Source: a virus (taxonomy: Duplodnaviria > Caudoviricetes). From it: 52,228 bases of DNA. Each line of letters starts with the position of its first letter. Position 1 is the stretch's first letter. Below are positions 9,624 to 18,594 of this stretch, one piece after another. The stretch lies in the IMG/VR virus record IMGVR_UViG_3300022181_000111, positions 1-52,228 of that record. One strand, 5' to 3'. The position numbers were made by a program, and so were the translations under genes. The notes under the pieces are model-generated. The model was not told the origin of the DNA. It did no database searches and worked only from the letters and a program-made list of their open reading frames with translations.

Positions 9624-10463
9624 ATGTCGGGATGGATAAAAACATATAGACAGTTAGTAGATTGGGAGTGGTATCAAGATTCTCAAATGGTACATCTACT
9701 GTTGCATATTATTCTAAAGGCAAATCATACTGATTTAAAATGGAGAGGGATAACTATAAAGAGAGGTCAACTTTTAACTAGTAGAAAGAAGCTTTCCGTT
9801 GAAACAGGTATTTCTGAACAATCAATTAGAACATGTTTAGATCGTTTGCAATCAACCAACGAAATAACAGTAAAATCAACCAACCTAAATACTGTCATAA
9901 CTATCAATAAATATGATATTTACCAAGCTAATGAAACAGAGATCAACCAGCCAATTAACCAGCCAAACAACCAACGACCAACCAGCCAAACAACCAACGA
10001 CCAACCAACGACCAACCAACCAACAAACAAGAATTATAAGAATGATAAGAAAGATAAGAATAATATAGTTGGCGTTAAAAAAACGCCTGCTACACTTCAC
10101 ACTGTTTGTAAGAATTTATTTATAGAAAAGTTCAAGCAGTTATTTGGCGAGGAATATTACTGGGAAGCGAAAGATGGAGCAAACTTAAATCCGATCATCA
10201 AAAAAATAAGATTCAACCGGGAGAAAAAAGAGATGCCGATTGACGATGAAAGTATAAGCGTTGCATTCAGTCTTTTTTTAGACAGTATCACTGATAAATG
10301 GCTTTTGGAAAATTTCAGCATCCCGAACATAAACTCAAAGTTTAACGAAATAATCAGTCAGGCAAAAAATGGACGTACAAAGCAACAAAACACTCGACCT
10401 TCTCCATCAGAACTCGAAGCTGCCGTCGAAATCGGAATGGCACTCGCCGCAGGTAATAGATAA
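9624..10463 (+). CDS. Phage replication initiator (lambda O-like)
   Basis: GWIKTYR...W start, wHTH (SRKKLSVETGISEQSIR), internal QPTN-rich linker. Confidence 0.8.
   Translation: MSGWIKTYRQLVDWEWYQDSQMVHLLLHIILKANHTDLKWRGITIKRGQLLTSRKKLSVETGISEQSIRTCLDRLQSTNEITVKSTNLNTVITINKYDIYQANETEINQPINQPNNQRPTSQTTNDQPTTNQPTNKNYKNDKKDKNNIVGVKKTPATLHTVCKNLFIEKFKQLFGEEYYWEAKDGANLNPIIKKIRFNREKKEMPIDDESISVAFSLFLDSITDKWLLENFSIPNINSKFNEIISQAKNGRTKQQNTRPSPSELEAAVEIGMALAAGNR
9943..10029 (+). repeat. Iteron-like AACC-rich repeats, probable replication origin
   Basis: AACCAGCCAAACAACCAACGACC twice plus shorter CAAC units, followed by an A-rich tract, inside the initiator gene. Confidence 0.65.
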
Positions 10464-10827
10464 TTACCTAAGCCTGTATAACGACGAAAAACCGGACAGG
10501 GGCGATTTTATTCAGGCAAACAACAGGCTTGGAATAGCATTTCCAAAGATGACAAAGGAGTTTTTCGTTTTGCTTACCGAATTCCTTATAACTGAAAATT
10601 TCACGAAGCAACGATTGAAAGACGCCGTTAATTACGTGATAAAGAATTTTCCGTACAAAGAGTTAAACATATCCGACATTATCAGCTATGACCGCAAGGT
10701 AAAACTATACACTCATTCAGAGGCATCAGCACTTGTAACACAAGGAAAGGCTTCTTTCGAGGATTTTGAGAAGAGAGAGATAGACGGAAAGATTTTTAGA
10801 ATACTAAAATCAGATACAATTTACTAA
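10369..10827 (+). CDS. Hypothetical protein (helicase-loader position)
   Basis: Overlaps the 3' end of the initiator gene. Confidence 0.5.
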   Translation: MDVQSNKTLDLLHQNSKLPSKSEWHSPQVIDNYLSLYNDEKPDRGDFIQANNRLGIAFPKMTKEFFVLLTEFLITENFTKQRLKDAVNYVIKNFPYKELNISDIISYDRKVKLYTHSEASALVTQGKASFEDFEKREIDGKIFRILKSDTIY

Positions 10828-10855
10828 CCGCCGAAAGGCATTAAACATTTCACAC

Positions 10856-11284
10856 ATGCAAAGAGAATTAGGTATTGACATTGAGCAAGGAGCAAAAAGA
10901 ATTGAATTCCTTGACAGTAACTGTGATGCGGTAGAAGAGAAAGGCTACATGAAACCTTTCACACCGGAGCAACTAACAGAAATGAAAGATACTCTTGCGA
11001 GTACCACTATCGAGATTAACGATATCGAAGAAGAGAAGAAAACCGTAATGGATGAATTCAAGAAAAGACTTGAGCCGTACAAGGAAGAACAGAAAGAACT
11101 TCTTGCCAACATCAAGAACAAAGCAAAATTTGTGAATGAGAAGTGCTACAAGTTTGTAGATAGGGAAGCACGCATGGTTGGATTTTACAACGAAGACGGC
11201 TATTTAATTGACAGCAGGCCGGCGTATGCCAATGAACTGCAGGGAACCATTTTTCAGATCAAGAGAACGGGAACAGATAACTAA
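10856..11284 (+). CDS. Hypothetical phage protein
   Basis: Coiled-coil ORF paired with the next gene. Confidence 0.6.
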   Translation: MQRELGIDIEQGAKRIEFLDSNCDAVEEKGYMKPFTPEQLTEMKDTLASTTIEINDIEEEKKTVMDEFKKRLEPYKEEQKELLANIKNKAKFVNEKCYKFVDREARMVGFYNEDGYLIDSRPAYANELQGTIFQIKRTGTDN

Positions 11285-11301
11285 CAATTAAAAACAAAAT
11301 T

Positions 11302-12045
11302 ATGCAAAACGAAAAATTACAAGTGAATTTAGCTCCAGGGATGGAGAAAGTGGAAATGGTAATCAGGGAAGTAAAAGAAGTCAATGAACTTCCGGTTAAG
11401 GAGCCAGTAAAGATTGCCATACAAGGCACGATCGGAGCACCGCTCGAATTTCTTAAAAGGAGGATGGACCAGCCGGATCAGATCAACCAGAAACGCAGCC
11501 ACATCCTTGTGGATCGTGAGAACATAACGGTCAATCTTGTATATAACGAGAACGACGAGTATAACAGTGGAACCGTAACAGGATCATTACAGATACATCC
11601 GAAATTCAAGGAGTTTGGAATCAATACCGGGAAAGTGTGGGCGCCAACAGAGTTGGGAATGTTCTTCAAAATGAATCGTGCCTTCTTCACTACAAAGGAA
11701 GAAAACATGAAGTTAGTTAATGAGTTGATGAACTTCACGGCTACAGTAAACAACAGTTTGCAAAAATCGGCAAATGAAAAAGGCGACAGGACCGACTATT
11801 TTAATCAGGTTGTAAATTCAAATCTCCCTAAATCTTTCAATCTTTTGATTCCTATTTTCAAAGGATCAAAACCGGAAACAATTGAGGTGGAGACATTTGC
11901 TCAAATCGATGGACGGGATGTTGCATTTATGCTTATCTCTCCGGGGGCACAGGCAGTCATGGAAGAATTGAGAGATGCGGTAATTGACAAAGAAATCGAT
12001 TTTATCAGGGAGTTATGTCCTGATATTGCTATAATTGAAGAGTAA
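11302..12045 (+). CDS. Hypothetical phage protein
   Basis: 247-aa ORF followed by a terminator-like hairpin. Confidence 0.6.
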   Translation: MQNEKLQVNLAPGMEKVEMVIREVKEVNELPVKEPVKIAIQGTIGAPLEFLKRRMDQPDQINQKRSHILVDRENITVNLVYNENDEYNSGTVTGSLQIHPKFKEFGINTGKVWAPTELGMFFKMNRAFFTTKEENMKLVNELMNFTATVNNSLQKSANEKGDRTDYFNQVVNSNLPKSFNLLIPIFKGSKPETIEVETFAQIDGRDVAFMLISPGAQAVMEELRDAVIDKEIDFIRELCPDIAIIEE

Positions 12046-12054
12046 CACTAATCA

Positions 12055-12080
12055 GGGAGGGGTAGCACCCTCCCAATTTT
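12055..12080 (+). terminator. Terminator-like hairpin
   Basis: GGGAGGG-GTAGCA-CCCTCCC-AATTTT. Confidence 0.55.
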
Positions 12081-12086
12081 ACACAC

Positions 12087-12506
12087 ATGGAAACAAAAGA
12101 ATTCAAAGGTACAAAAGGAAAGTGGTCTATCAATTATTGGAAACAAGGGGATAGAGGGGTGATATACATGGGTGAAGTAAACGGGATAAAACACTACACA
12201 GGCGATAATGTGTGTAAGGAAATATACAGCATCGTGTCAGACCTACACCCAAACGACCACAACGTAGAACACTCATTTGAGGGAGCTCACATTGCCGATA
12301 TTTCGGCACGAAACGAAGAGTCGCTTGCAAATGCGCAGCTTATTGCAGCGGCACCTGAATTAGAAACAAGACTACAACAGTCCACCGATATGCTAAATGC
12401 CTTACTTGTATTATTTGGCGATCATATGGCTGTAACTACGAAATTCGCTGTGTCTCAGCAGATCAAAGAAAATGATAATGCTATTAATAAAGCACTTGGA
12501 TTATGA
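12087..12506 (+). CDS. Hypothetical phage protein
   Basis: FKGTKGKW start and ANAQLIAAAPEL motif common in phage accessory proteins. Confidence 0.65.
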   Translation: METKEFKGTKGKWSINYWKQGDRGVIYMGEVNGIKHYTGDNVCKEIYSIVSDLHPNDHNVEHSFEGAHIADISARNEESLANAQLIAAAPELETRLQQSTDMLNALLVLFGDHMAVTTKFAVSQQIKENDNAINKALGL

Positions 12507-12524
12507 CGGTAAAAGAAAAAGCGG

Positions 12525-12791
12525 GTGAATACGCCGAAAAAACAGAAGCCGAATATGGTTTTTAAATGCACCCTAACACGGTATTTACGAATGTTTAAAA
12601 CTAAGGAAATAAAAACGGAACCGACAAATCAGATTACACTGACTTGCGAGGTGTGTGGAAAGGAATTTTTAGGCGATCCTCCAGTTATGTGTTGCTCTGG
12701 TAGAGATTGTGGGTGTATGGGGAGACCCATAGAACCTGTTGTCTGCTCAAAGGAGTGCTTTAATAAAATAATTAACAAGTACAAAAAATGA
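12525..12791 (+). CDS. Cys-rich hypothetical protein
   Basis: CEVC...CCSGRDCGCMG...CSKEC; start uncertain. Confidence 0.55.
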   Translation: MNTPKKQKPNMVFKCTLTRYLRMFKTKEIKTEPTNQITLTCEVCGKEFLGDPPVMCCSGRDCGCMGRPIEPVVCSKECFNKIINKYKK

Positions 12792-13096
12792 AAACAGGAA
12801 TTGAATTAATCGCCGAAGAAAGGCAAAGACAGATTGAAGTGGAAGGATGGACACTCGATCATGACAAAGATCATGACAATGGAGAAATGGCTGCCGCAGC
12901 GGCAGCTTATGCATTTGCGCCATTCATGGATGATGAAATTAGAGATGGTTATAAAACACCGCCATCTCCGATTTGGCCAAAGTATTGGCTCGCTAAATGG
13001 TGGAAGCCCAGCCCATGTAACAGAATAAGAGAACTACAAAAAGCCGGTGCTTTAATTGCCGCCGAAATTGACAGGATTCAAAATACAGAGCCATGA
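12788..13096 (+). CDS. Conserved phage accessory protein
   Basis: IAEERQRQIEVEGWT..HD and WWKP...RELQKAGALIAAEIDR motifs. Confidence 0.7.
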   Translation: MKTGIELIAEERQRQIEVEGWTLDHDKDHDNGEMAAAAAAYAFAPFMDDEIRDGYKTPPSPIWPKYWLAKWWKPSPCNRIRELQKAGALIAAEIDRIQNTEP

Positions 13097-13422
13097 AAAC
13101 AGAACCGACAGAAGCATTTTGCGAGAGATGCGAGAATGAACTCTCAATATCTGCAAAGATGCAGTTTTTTGATGAAGCAATAAAAGCTAAGCGACATATA
13201 GCGGCATTTCACTTTAATGATGTGTTTTTGGAATTTGCGGACAAATTCTACCTTAGAAAACCGCATAAAGTAACAATTGACAATTTCAAGAAATGGATGA
13301 AGAGAGCCGCCATCAAGCATAATCTTAAAATTGTAATCGCAAAGGTAGATCATGTTGACAGGGTTGATTTTGGCATTAGAAATATATGGTCTATACCTGA
13401 TACAGAATATTTAAACAGATAA
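13093..13422 (+). CDS. Hypothetical protein (MKTEPTEA start)
   Basis: Coupled ORF. Confidence 0.55.
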   Translation: MKTEPTEAFCERCENELSISAKMQFFDEAIKAKRHIAAFHFNDVFLEFADKFYLRKPHKVTIDNFKKWMKRAAIKHNLKIVIAKVDHVDRVDFGIRNIWSIPDTEYLNR

Positions 13423-13426
13423 TCAA

Positions 13427-13924
13427 ATGAAAACGGAACCTACAGAAGCAGGAGATATGCTTTACAAGTTTGCAGAAATGCGAGAGTGGAATAAAAACAA
13501 GCTGATTGGATGGAGTGAGGCCGCTGATTTTGCTGATTGGTTTGCTAATCAATCATCTCCGAAAATCAAGCAGCTGGAGTGGGTTGAAGTGTGGGAGGGA
13601 TATGAGGATGCATGCAATAAATTTGACTGGAAAGAGACGAGATCAGTTGACAGATGGGATCGTTCTGCCATCATCGGCAGCGTTGAAATCGTTGATTGCG
13701 TGATTAACCATCCGAGTGTTTGGGCGGAGAAAACAGAAAGAATTGTTCTTAACGAAAGCTGGCCCAGCGGGAGGCCTGCATGTGCAGGCAAAAAAGGTGA
13801 TACCTACAACTGGGTGCTGGCAAATCCCGTCCTGTTTGATAAGCCGATCATCGGTGTGAGGGGAAAGTTGGGTTTTTGGGATTACGATTTGCCGGAGGAA
13901 TACGAAACAATTTTGAAGTTATGA
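13427..13924 (+). CDS. Chimeric protein with C-terminal half of an ASCH domain
   Basis: SAIIGSVEIVDCV...YNWVLANPVLFDKPI..RGKLGFW; the ASCH N-terminal GxKxxExR motif is absent. Confidence 0.6.
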   Translation: MKTEPTEAGDMLYKFAEMREWNKNKLIGWSEAADFADWFANQSSPKIKQLEWVEVWEGYEDACNKFDWKETRSVDRWDRSAIIGSVEIVDCVINHPSVWAEKTERIVLNESWPSGRPACAGKKGDTYNWVLANPVLFDKPIIGVRGKLGFWDYDLPEEYETILKL

Positions 13925-14298
13925 AAATACAGGAATTGAGAATAGGGAATTTAGTGTATTTAGTATACCCTGATGGGATTACTCATAAAGTTGAAATTAC
14001 GGGAATACTGCCTGATAAGGTTTTCTTCAAGGGTAAAAGTAGTGGATTCTCAATGTATGAGGCTATTTCGCCTATCCCGTTAACCGAAGAAATCCTCTTG
14101 AAGTGTGGGTTTGATGAAAACATGGTTTTATCAACCATAGAAGGAGAAATAAGATACTATGGAGATGGGGATATAAATATTGGCGGAGAGGACTCATGCA
14201 CTCTTGGAATGGTTTATATTGCTAAATGCAAATACCTTCACCAACTCCAAAACCTATACTTTGCGCTAACAGGCAAAGAATTGGAGGTGGAGTTATGA
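13921..14298 (+). CDS. Hypothetical phage protein
   Basis: ELRIGNLV...PIPLTEEILLKCGF...YLHQLQNLYFALTGKEL; ATG 13921. Confidence 0.7.
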   Translation: MKIQELRIGNLVYLVYPDGITHKVEITGILPDKVFFKGKSSGFSMYEAISPIPLTEEILLKCGFDENMVLSTIEGEIRYYGDGDINIGGEDSCTLGMVYIAKCKYLHQLQNLYFALTGKELEVEL

Positions 14299-14540
14299 AT
14301 AACAAATCAATATTCGCAAATACGATAAATGGCATTGGAGACCACGCCAATCTTTCGGCTAACGAGTGTGAAAGGTATGGTATGACATGGGGGTGTGACG
14401 GGGATTGCCCAGTGTTTTCAAGAGGCGATTGCAAAATAGAGGATATACCGGCAATGCGTGATTCAATTCTGAACACGAACCGGTTTGATGATTATGACAT
14501 CGACGAGTTAAACAAGTTATATCCGAAGTTAAAGTTATGA
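14295..14540 (+). CDS. Hypothetical protein
   Basis: ATGA overlap with previous gene; Cys cluster. Confidence 0.5.
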   Translation: MNNKSIFANTINGIGDHANLSANECERYGMTWGCDGDCPVFSRGDCKIEDIPAMRDSILNTNRFDDYDIDELNKLYPKLKL

Positions 14541-14695
14541 TATTACCAAAAGATATGTGCCGCTGCGCAAACGAGCGGTGCGAAAAGAAGCTGAAATGCA
14601 GACTGTATCTGGACTGCCTGCCTTGGGAGACGTACAGATATAGTGATTTTAACGAGGTGGATTGTGAATTTTTTATTGAAAATGAAATTAGATAA
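14537..14695 (+). CDS. Small Cys-rich protein (52 aa)
   Basis: MILPKDMCRCANERCEKKLKCRLY...; ATGA overlap. Confidence 0.55.
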   Translation: MILPKDMCRCANERCEKKLKCRLYLDCLPWETYRYSDFNEVDCEFFIENEIR

Positions 14696-15557
14696 TAATA
14701 ATATTTTTTGCTATGTATCATCAGGTTATTCGTCCGTAATGATGGCCGTAAAAATGAAAGAGTGGTACCCCGATCACAACATAATTAACGTAATGGCTAA
14801 TACATCTAAAGAGCGCATAGAAAGTTTAGAGTTTATGGATAAGTGCGATAAGCATTTCGGGCTAAACTTAATATGGGTTGAAGCGGAAATCAATCAAGAG
14901 GCTGGTGTAGGAACTTCATACAAGTTATGCAAGTATGAAGACTTAAAGACGAACGGGGAGATATTTGAGGATGGTATTAAAAAATACGGGATAGCAAGTG
15001 TAGCGAATAAATGGTGCAACAGAGAGATGAAGACCGTTCCGATGAAAAAATTCGCTGACGATATATTTGGCTCGAATAACTATTCAATTGCAATAGGAAT
15101 AAGGATTGACGAGATAGACAGGGTGTCAAATAGCTATGATAGCAATAATATTTTTTATCCATTAATCGAGCATGATATAGACCATAGGGCGAGGAATAGA
15201 TTTTGGGCTGACAGTCCTATAAGAATAACGATTCCAGCATTTAAGGGTAACTGTGATTTTTGTTTTGAAAAGTCAAGAAGAAAGCTGTTAACCATAATAC
15301 GGGAAGATGGCGAGATAGTTTCAAATTGGTGGGATGAAATGGAAAATCTATACTCGCATATACCAATTGATGGGAAGGATGTGTATAACGGGCTTGCCTG
15401 TAATGGAGGACACTTTTTCGGCAGAGGAAATACGTCGGTTGCGGATTTGATACAGATGGCTAAAAAACCGTTTAAAAAAGCAACTGATGAGTATATATAC
15501 GAGAATGAACTGTTTGATTTTGAAAGTGATTGCGGAGTTAATTGTAGTATTTTTTGA
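14682..15557 (+). CDS. PAPS reductase-like (PP-loop) protein
   Basis: SSGYSS PP-loop variant, WCNREMK, GIRIDEIDR, GNCDFCFEKS, C-terminal CGVNC. Confidence 0.75.
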   Translation: MKLDNNNIFCYVSSGYSSVMMAVKMKEWYPDHNIINVMANTSKERIESLEFMDKCDKHFGLNLIWVEAEINQEAGVGTSYKLCKYEDLKTNGEIFEDGIKKYGIASVANKWCNREMKTVPMKKFADDIFGSNNYSIAIGIRIDEIDRVSNSYDSNNIFYPLIEHDIDHRARNRFWADSPIRITIPAFKGNCDFCFEKSRRKLLTIIREDGEIVSNWWDEMENLYSHIPIDGKDVYNGLACNGGHFFGRGNTSVADLIQMAKKPFKKATDEYIYENELFDFESDCGVNCSIF

Positions 15558-15581
15558 AAACGAACTAAAAAACGAGAAGTA

Positions 15582-16082
15582 ATGAAAGCAGAAGAAATTA
15601 AATTCAAAGCACAGAGAGAAGATGGCAAAGGATGGGTATACGGTCAATTAATACACAATTATAAACTTTTTTCTGGGATTGAAGTATCTTTTATTTATTC
15701 AAATTCAGACAACAAAGTTTATAACATCGTTCCAGAAACAATTTGTCAATTCACAACTTTAAAAGATAAAAACGGCGTGGAGATTTACAAGGGGGATAAA
15801 TTCCAGTACCGCAAACATAAGGGGTATTGGTTTCCAGATTTTATTGGCGTGGTCGGGTTTAAAGACGGGAGTTTTGGATACGAGGTAATTACAGAACAAT
15901 CCTACATTTCAAATTCATTTCACCCTTTCTCATATCACGATGAACTTCAAGAGGACTTTTTGGATCATATTGAAATAATTGGAAATATACACGATAAACA
16001 GCAACAGAAACAAGCTCTTATTGATATGATGAGAGCGGATGAACAAATCGGGTTATATGACGATAATCCAAAAAATCAATGA
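15582..16082 (+). CDS. YopX-family protein
   Basis: IKFKA...WVYG...ICQFTTLKDKNGVEIYKGD...IEIIGNIHD. Confidence 0.85.
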   Translation: MKAEEIKFKAQREDGKGWVYGQLIHNYKLFSGIEVSFIYSNSDNKVYNIVPETICQFTTLKDKNGVEIYKGDKFQYRKHKGYWFPDFIGVVGFKDGSFGYEVITEQSYISNSFHPFSYHDELQEDFLDHIEIIGNIHDKQQQKQALIDMMRADEQIGLYDDNPKNQ

Positions 16083-16090
16083 TATGAGCG

Positions 16091-16273
16091 ATGGAAAAAA
16101 TAGTAACTGAAACAGGTAAAAAGAAGATTAAGATTAAGACAACAGGAAATCAACTTGAATTAACGGTTGATAGAGGTGGGTGGTGTGAACCACGAAGAAC
16201 GATTGAACTATCAAAAAGACAAGTTCAAAAGTTGATTGATGAACTTCAAAGTGCGTTGGAAAATATTGTATAA
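16091..16273 (+). CDS. Hypothetical protein
   Basis: Stop codon TAA lies in the TAAC that opens the attC-like hairpin. Confidence 0.55.
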   Translation: MEKIVTETGKKKIKIKTTGNQLELTVDRGGWCEPRRTIELSKRQVQKLIDELQSALENIV

Positions 16274-16364
16274 CGGCTGGCGGCTTGGCGAAGGCTGCTT
16301 AACGTAAACTTTCAAATTTCGCACAAATTTCAATGGCAGCTTTTGCCAAACCGCTGTTACCTGC
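16266..16364. repeat. attC-like imperfect inverted repeat
   Basis: TAAC-GGCTG-GCGGCTTGGCGAAGGCTGC...GCAGCTTTTGCCAAACCGC-T-GTTA. Confidence 0.6.
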
Positions 16365-16402
16365 TGGGTGGTTTATCAGTAGGAACTTTAAACAAATTAA
16401 AA

Positions 16403-16945
16403 ATGGAACACAGAAAAATTGAATTTGGTGCAGGAGATAGCATCGAAAGAGCAATGCAAGATTTAGCCCGATTTAAAGAACGTGGCGAATTGGTTTACGG
16501 AGAGTTTAACGGACAAAAGTTATACTCTGATGTTGACGATTTAGACACGGCTTATAAAAAGATTACAGGCAAGACGAAAGCTGATTTTGATGCTGAAGAA
16601 AAGTCTGAAAATGACAGATACAAAGAAGAACAGCGAAAGCACAAGGAAGCCATACCTGAATTAACAAAAGAGTGGATTGAAAAAGGCAATGCGATACTTG
16701 ATGAAAAGTATCGTGAATTATGGGCTAAATGTGTGCCTATTAGATTGGATGACTTGTATCAAGGAATGGAATTAAAGTGCTGCCTTGATATAGTGTCAGA
16801 GCTAAACAAAGGCTGTTCACTTGACGAAGCAAAGACAATTATTGAAAGGCAAGGTCATTCTGGTATGTCTTTCGGATTGGTTTGCTCAATGATAAAATCT
16901 TTCTGTGATAGAGGTGAGGAATTTGTCAATTATGCACGGTCGTAG
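16403..16945 (+). CDS. Hypothetical protein (cassette-borne)
   Basis: Likely start ATG 16403 (MEHRKIEF); C-terminal QGHSGMSFGLV; flanked by GTTACCTGC/GCAGGTAAC. Confidence 0.65.
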   Translation: MEHRKIEFGAGDSIERAMQDLARFKERGELVYGEFNGQKLYSDVDDLDTAYKKITGKTKADFDAEEKSENDRYKEEQRKHKEAIPELTKEWIEKGNAILDEKYRELWAKCVPIRLDDLYQGMELKCCLDIVSELNKGCSLDEAKTIIERQGHSGMSFGLVCSMIKSFCDRGEEFVNYARS

Positions 16946-16996
16946 CCTTGCAGGTAACACAGAAACATACTCAACAAAACACAAAAAATCACGGAT

Positions 16997-17251
16997 ATGA
17001 ACGAAGTTGAATTCCTTGCCACAAAGTTGGGATGTCCTGATTTGATCAATGCGAACAGGAATCAATTAAATAGTGCTGCCAGGCAGGCAATATCATACTA
17101 TCTGAAAAAAGCTGGATACCACGAAAGAGATATTGCGAAAATGCAGAGAAAAAGTAGGGCCACAATATACCATCAGATCAAAACATTTGGAGAATTTTTG
17201 CAGGTTAAAGATCCTCTTGCAATAATGCTTTGGAAAAAGCTTGGAAAGTAA
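16997..17251 (+). CDS. Small HTH protein
   Basis: ARQAISYYL...DIAKMQRKSRATIYHQ. Confidence 0.6.
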   Translation: MNEVEFLATKLGCPDLINANRNQLNSAARQAISYYLKKAGYHERDIAKMQRKSRATIYHQIKTFGEFLQVKDPLAIMLWKKLGK

Positions 17252-17320
17252 CTGAATTCACTGACATTCAAATAGTTAAACATTATTAAAACCACGATTT
17301 TCCATGAAATTTTCTTTGTA

Positions 17321-17356
17321 AAAAGGTCTCCATTACAGTCTTTTTATGTATCTTTA
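17321..17356 (+). promoter_or_regulatory. Operator + promoter of duplicated cassette
   Basis: AAAAGGTCTC-CATTA-CAGTCTTTTT-ATG-TATCTTTA. Confidence 0.6.
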
Positions 17357-17388
17357 TACTATCAAAATAACAATAAAACAAAACAAAA

Positions 17389-17601
17389 ATGGAAACAGGA
17401 ATAAGAATTTACCCAACTTCTATAGAAGACAGGATGATCATTGAAGAAGTACTGGACTATATGGATATGGTGAATGAGTATGATGAAAAAGAAAACTGTT
17501 TTTTCATACCAGAAGCAAAAGAAAATTGCAAAAGTTTAGCACATGCAATTGATTGCTCCTTTGATGATCTAGTTTGCGAGTATAACATAGTAATATCATA
17601 A
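17389..17601 (+). CDS. Small acidic hypothetical protein (copy 1)
   Basis: Identical to 29975..30187. Confidence 0.65.
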   Translation: METGIRIYPTSIEDRMIIEEVLDYMDMVNEYDEKENCFFIPEAKENCKSLAHAIDCSFDDLVCEYNIVIS

Positions 17602-17615
17602 TTGTAAAAGCAACA

Positions 17616-18110
17616 GTGAAACACATGGAAACAACATTCAAGCAAAAAAGACTAAATCCTGGCACTCAAACCGGCAGCTTCATAAACATGATCATGAGTC
17701 AGAACAGCACTCTGCCGGAAGTAGGTAAAGGAGCAACAGTTTTATCATGGACTGATAGACACGCTTATGAGGTTATCGAAGTGAGTAATGACAAAAAGAG
17801 AGTCGTTGTTCAACAGTATTTCCCTAAGCGGATCGATAAAAACGGTATGAGTGAATCCCAGGAATACGAATACAAGGAGCTGTCTCCAGTTAAAGAAGTT
17901 ATCGTGTGGAGGTGGGGTTCGTGGAAATGGGAACGTGAAGTTATTAAGTTTATCAACCCGCCTATTGGATACTCCAAGGAATACGAAAAGTACTACGATT
18001 CAGAAGGAATGTTGATGCTTATAGATGGAATAACCAAGAAAGCGAAGGAATATCAGAAAGTCAGCATCGTCTGGGGAGAAAAAAGAGAATATTACGATTA
18101 TACATTTTAA
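17616..18110 (+). CDS. Hypothetical phage protein (copy 1)
   Basis: PEVGKGAT..WTDRHAYEVI...REYYDYTF; identical to 30202..30696. Confidence 0.7.
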   Translation: MKHMETTFKQKRLNPGTQTGSFINMIMSQNSTLPEVGKGATVLSWTDRHAYEVIEVSNDKKRVVVQQYFPKRIDKNGMSESQEYEYKELSPVKEVIVWRWGSWKWEREVIKFINPPIGYSKEYEKYYDSEGMLMLIDGITKKAKEYQKVSIVWGEKREYYDYTF

Positions 18111-18120
18111 TAGGTCAGAT

Positions 18121-18552
18121 ATGAAAGCAATAGTAGAAATTATCAGTGTAAAGCAAGTAAAAGGGTTTATTCACCCGATGTCTGTATATGCAAACTCAAG
18201 CAGCTACAGTTCAAGCAGGTTAGTATCACATAGTTATGAAGCTATTGCATTATTCGTTAAATGCGTCATGAATGGAGTTGAGACATCGTTTTACAGCCCA
18301 TCGATTATAGTCAGGAATTCAACCGGATACCTGAATTATAAGAGCATGGATGAAAATAACTGGTTTGAGTTAATCGAAAAGAACATGACTTCTCATAGGG
18401 GGGCTGAAATGTTCGACGGTGGCACATTGCCCAACGTAGCAGTTGAATTTCATTCTGAAATAAAGCCTAAGATAAAAGAAGGAGATAATATATGTATATC
18501 ATTCTCCAACGTAGATGGTAAAATAAAGCGTGTTAGAATTATCAACAATTAA
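18121..18552 (+). CDS. Hypothetical protein (copy 1)
   Basis: Identical to 30707..31138. Confidence 0.65.
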   Translation: MKAIVEIISVKQVKGFIHPMSVYANSSSYSSSRLVSHSYEAIALFVKCVMNGVETSFYSPSIIVRNSTGYLNYKSMDENNWFELIEKNMTSHRGAEMFDGGTLPNVAVEFHSEIKPKIKEGDNICISFSNVDGKIKRVRIINN

Positions 18553-18594
18553 TCAACTCGCCACGGCTTCGGTCGGGGCGTAACACCAACAGAA

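Noticed and set aside
9943-10029. CRISPR-like array
   Set aside because: Low-complexity repeats without unique spacers, inside a coding region; no cas genes
10828-10840. GCC-GAAA-GGC mini hairpin as a boxB-like antitermination site
   Set aside because: Only a 3-bp stem, single occurrence, no boxA or N-like gene recognised
16343-16402. N-terminal extension MPNRCYLL... of the 200-aa ORF
   Set aside because: It reads through the right arm of the attC-like hairpin; ATG 16403 with an A-rich leader is the better start
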